A stretch of 63,983 bases of DNA, filler included, from Octopus bimaculoides (Eukaryota): assembly GCF_001194135.2 (NCBI RefSeq). It is 9 parts of 7 records of this genome, joined end to end, with 100 filler letters (N's around TTAATTAATTAA, not from the genome) between each part and the next. Parts side by side here need not be neighbours in the genome. Positions count along the whole stretch, not along the records: positions 61,539 to 63,983 come from NC_069005.1; 8 more parts are not named here. One strand, 5' to 3'. Under the pieces are notes generated by a model. That model was not told the DNA's origin, made no database searches, and was given only the letters and a program-made list of their open reading frames with translations. Below, piece after piece: positions 62,050-63,983 of this stretch. Position numbers and translations under genes: made by a program. Position 1 is the first letter of the stretch. Each line of letters starts with the position of its first letter.

Positions 62050-63065
62050 ATGCATTTGTATGCGCATGTGCATAAACGATGGATAAATATTGATGAGAAG
62101 AGAAGTTGTTTTCAGTTCGTCATGTGTTTTATTGCTAAAATCTTGTACGAAAGGCGGCGGTAATGTCGGTGAATTCTGTTCATCGTAGTAAAATGTGTGT
62201 TAAGAGAGAAGCAAATCTATTTCTGTAAAAGTGGTGTATTAGTGTTAGTGTAGACAGTTCTTTTTACTGCACAGAATTTTGATATTCATAACGGTGGACA
62301 ATGCCATGAGCAAGATTTTGTTGATTGTTACGCTTCACTGCTCACACCACTAATATGACGTTTAAAATGAGTGTCTGCTTACGTAGTAATAGTCACGAGA
62401 TTTTCGTGATTCTCGTACACCTAGAACAATATCGTAATACCCTCTACTTGAACACTCCTGTCTGTATACCTTTCTCTTCCCATCCACTTATGTATGTATG
62501 TATGTATGTAATATATACGCTGACTGTCCTTGTATCGACAACATTTTCATGGAGCATGAGTAATACTAGAAACAACATGGTGTGTGATATTGGATTGCGA
62601 ATTGCACTCACCGGCTTGATCACCATCCGATAAAGTATGCACAACGTTCGGAGCGATTAACCGGGTTGCATGTAATTATATACTCTTCTGCGGAATATAT
62701 TGTACATCCCCTACGACTGCAGACGGAGCAGACCTATTGACTTACAGGACCAGATGAACTTACATAATATATCTGGATAACCTACTATTGTTTGGTGATT
62801 ACTTGCGAAGTTATACACTGACGTGCCACACCTGGTAAATGTGCCCATGTAGTAGTTGTGGTGGTGGTGGTGGTGGTGGTGGTTGTGGGGGTTTAACTTT
62901 AGAAAGTGGTTCAAATTTGGTTTGATAATGTAGAGATATTTGTTAATGTGTGTATTACTAATATGCGCGCTAAGGAAACACAGTAAGCATATATGGGTAC
63001 ATGCGCTAAGAAACCTCAGTAAACATATATGAGTACATGCATATGGGGTGTGCCGGTGTGTATAG

Positions 63066-63097
<32 letters not shown>

Positions 63098-63382
63098 ATA
63101 TATATGTGTGTGAATTCTTAAGTTCGGTGTAGTGTGCGTGAACAAGTGGTAGTATGGTATGCGTGGCGTTATTGCATGCAAGAAGTAGGGTGGGAATAAG
63201 GATGTAATACTTCTCGCCTACCACCAACTAAGTAAATTGTTATCAACTCAATTTTTGTCTACCACTGTCATAAACTTAATAATTAGCTGACCACTAGAAT
63301 CTCTGTCCTTGACAGGAATGCTAGGACTGCAGCTGCTATTCTTGCTATATACCAATATATATATACATATATATATATATGT

Positions 63383-63429
<47 letters not shown>

Positions 63430-63479
63430 AAACACACAAAGCCTCTTACGGCAGTTTCTGGAGTAGCCATGCATGTGGA

Positions 63480-63720
63480 TCATCATAGTAAGTATTCCAT
63501 AAGCTGAGAGGTAGAAGTCAGAGAGATATAAAAATGAGGTAATATCCCCAGTCGAGGATATTAGTGTATCCCAGTTTGTCAAAAATCGGGGAAGGATCAG
63601 AGTAAAATAGGTATGCAGTAGGTTTATAGAATCCTTACTCATTTTGATGACCCACATGCTTGGATATTCTAGAAACAGCCGTAAGAAGATCTGTATGATA
63701 ATACTCTCTAAATTAAATGT
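63480..63720 (-). mobile_element. Possible CR1/L2-group LINE remnant (post-RT region)
   Basis: FLRLFLEYPSMWVIKMSKDSINLL (approx. VRPxLEYxSxVW...KDIxxL); another frame gives YSDPSPIFDKLG. Confidence 0.4.
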
Positions 63721-63983
63721 CTTTTTCAAGTCACAAGAAGAGTCTTGATTTTCAATTTTTATTTTAATCTATATCTAACTGCTCAAGTAGAAACCACTTC
63801 TTGCCGTCTATGATAGAATATCTCAAAATCACACTTTCCATTACACTTCACGATGGAGTTTTAATGGTAAACCAAATTGAGCACTCATAGTACATACTTA
63901 TTACTTTACGTCAGTTAACGAAAATTCCTTATATATTCTGTATGCATGTATGTATTCATGCATGCATTTATATATATATATAT

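Noticed and set aside
62610-62690. Strong minus-strand donor CCG|GTGAGT with upstream AG
   Set aside because: All three frames contain stops; at most a non-coding exon.

Overview
AT-rich eukaryotic draft sequence with many gaps and dense microsatellites. The repeat landscape (tRNA-derived SINEs, RTE LINEs with (GAT)n tails, Dong/R4, mariner, Helitron and Gypsy fragments) looks from recall like a coleoid cephalopod, probably Octopus; this is not verified. Eight identical 100-bp N44-TTAATTAATTAA-N44 spacers show the window is nine joined pieces, so adjacency across them is uncertain. No host gene can be named; there are only low-confidence candidate exons, and most long ORFs in the track come from microsatellites or N runs. 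The most interesting signal is seven minimal type-I hammerhead ribozyme (HHR)-like motifs in at least five unrelated short repeat families, mostly inside foldback structures like those of Penelope-like elements. One family joins a tRNA-like Pol III head (A and B boxes) to an HHR (6763-7021 and 25632-25868). Two others have altered cores: CCGAUGA on both arms of the 29.5-kb palindrome and CUGUGGA at 6.37 kb. Also seen: a near-perfect 179-bp inverted duplication, three stacked Dong/R4 endonuclease ends beside an (AAT)n array, a head-to-tail SINE dimer, four RFX X-box motifs, and block-wise CpG depletion suggesting methylated gene bodies at 3.4-13.7 kb and 34.9-53.6 kb.
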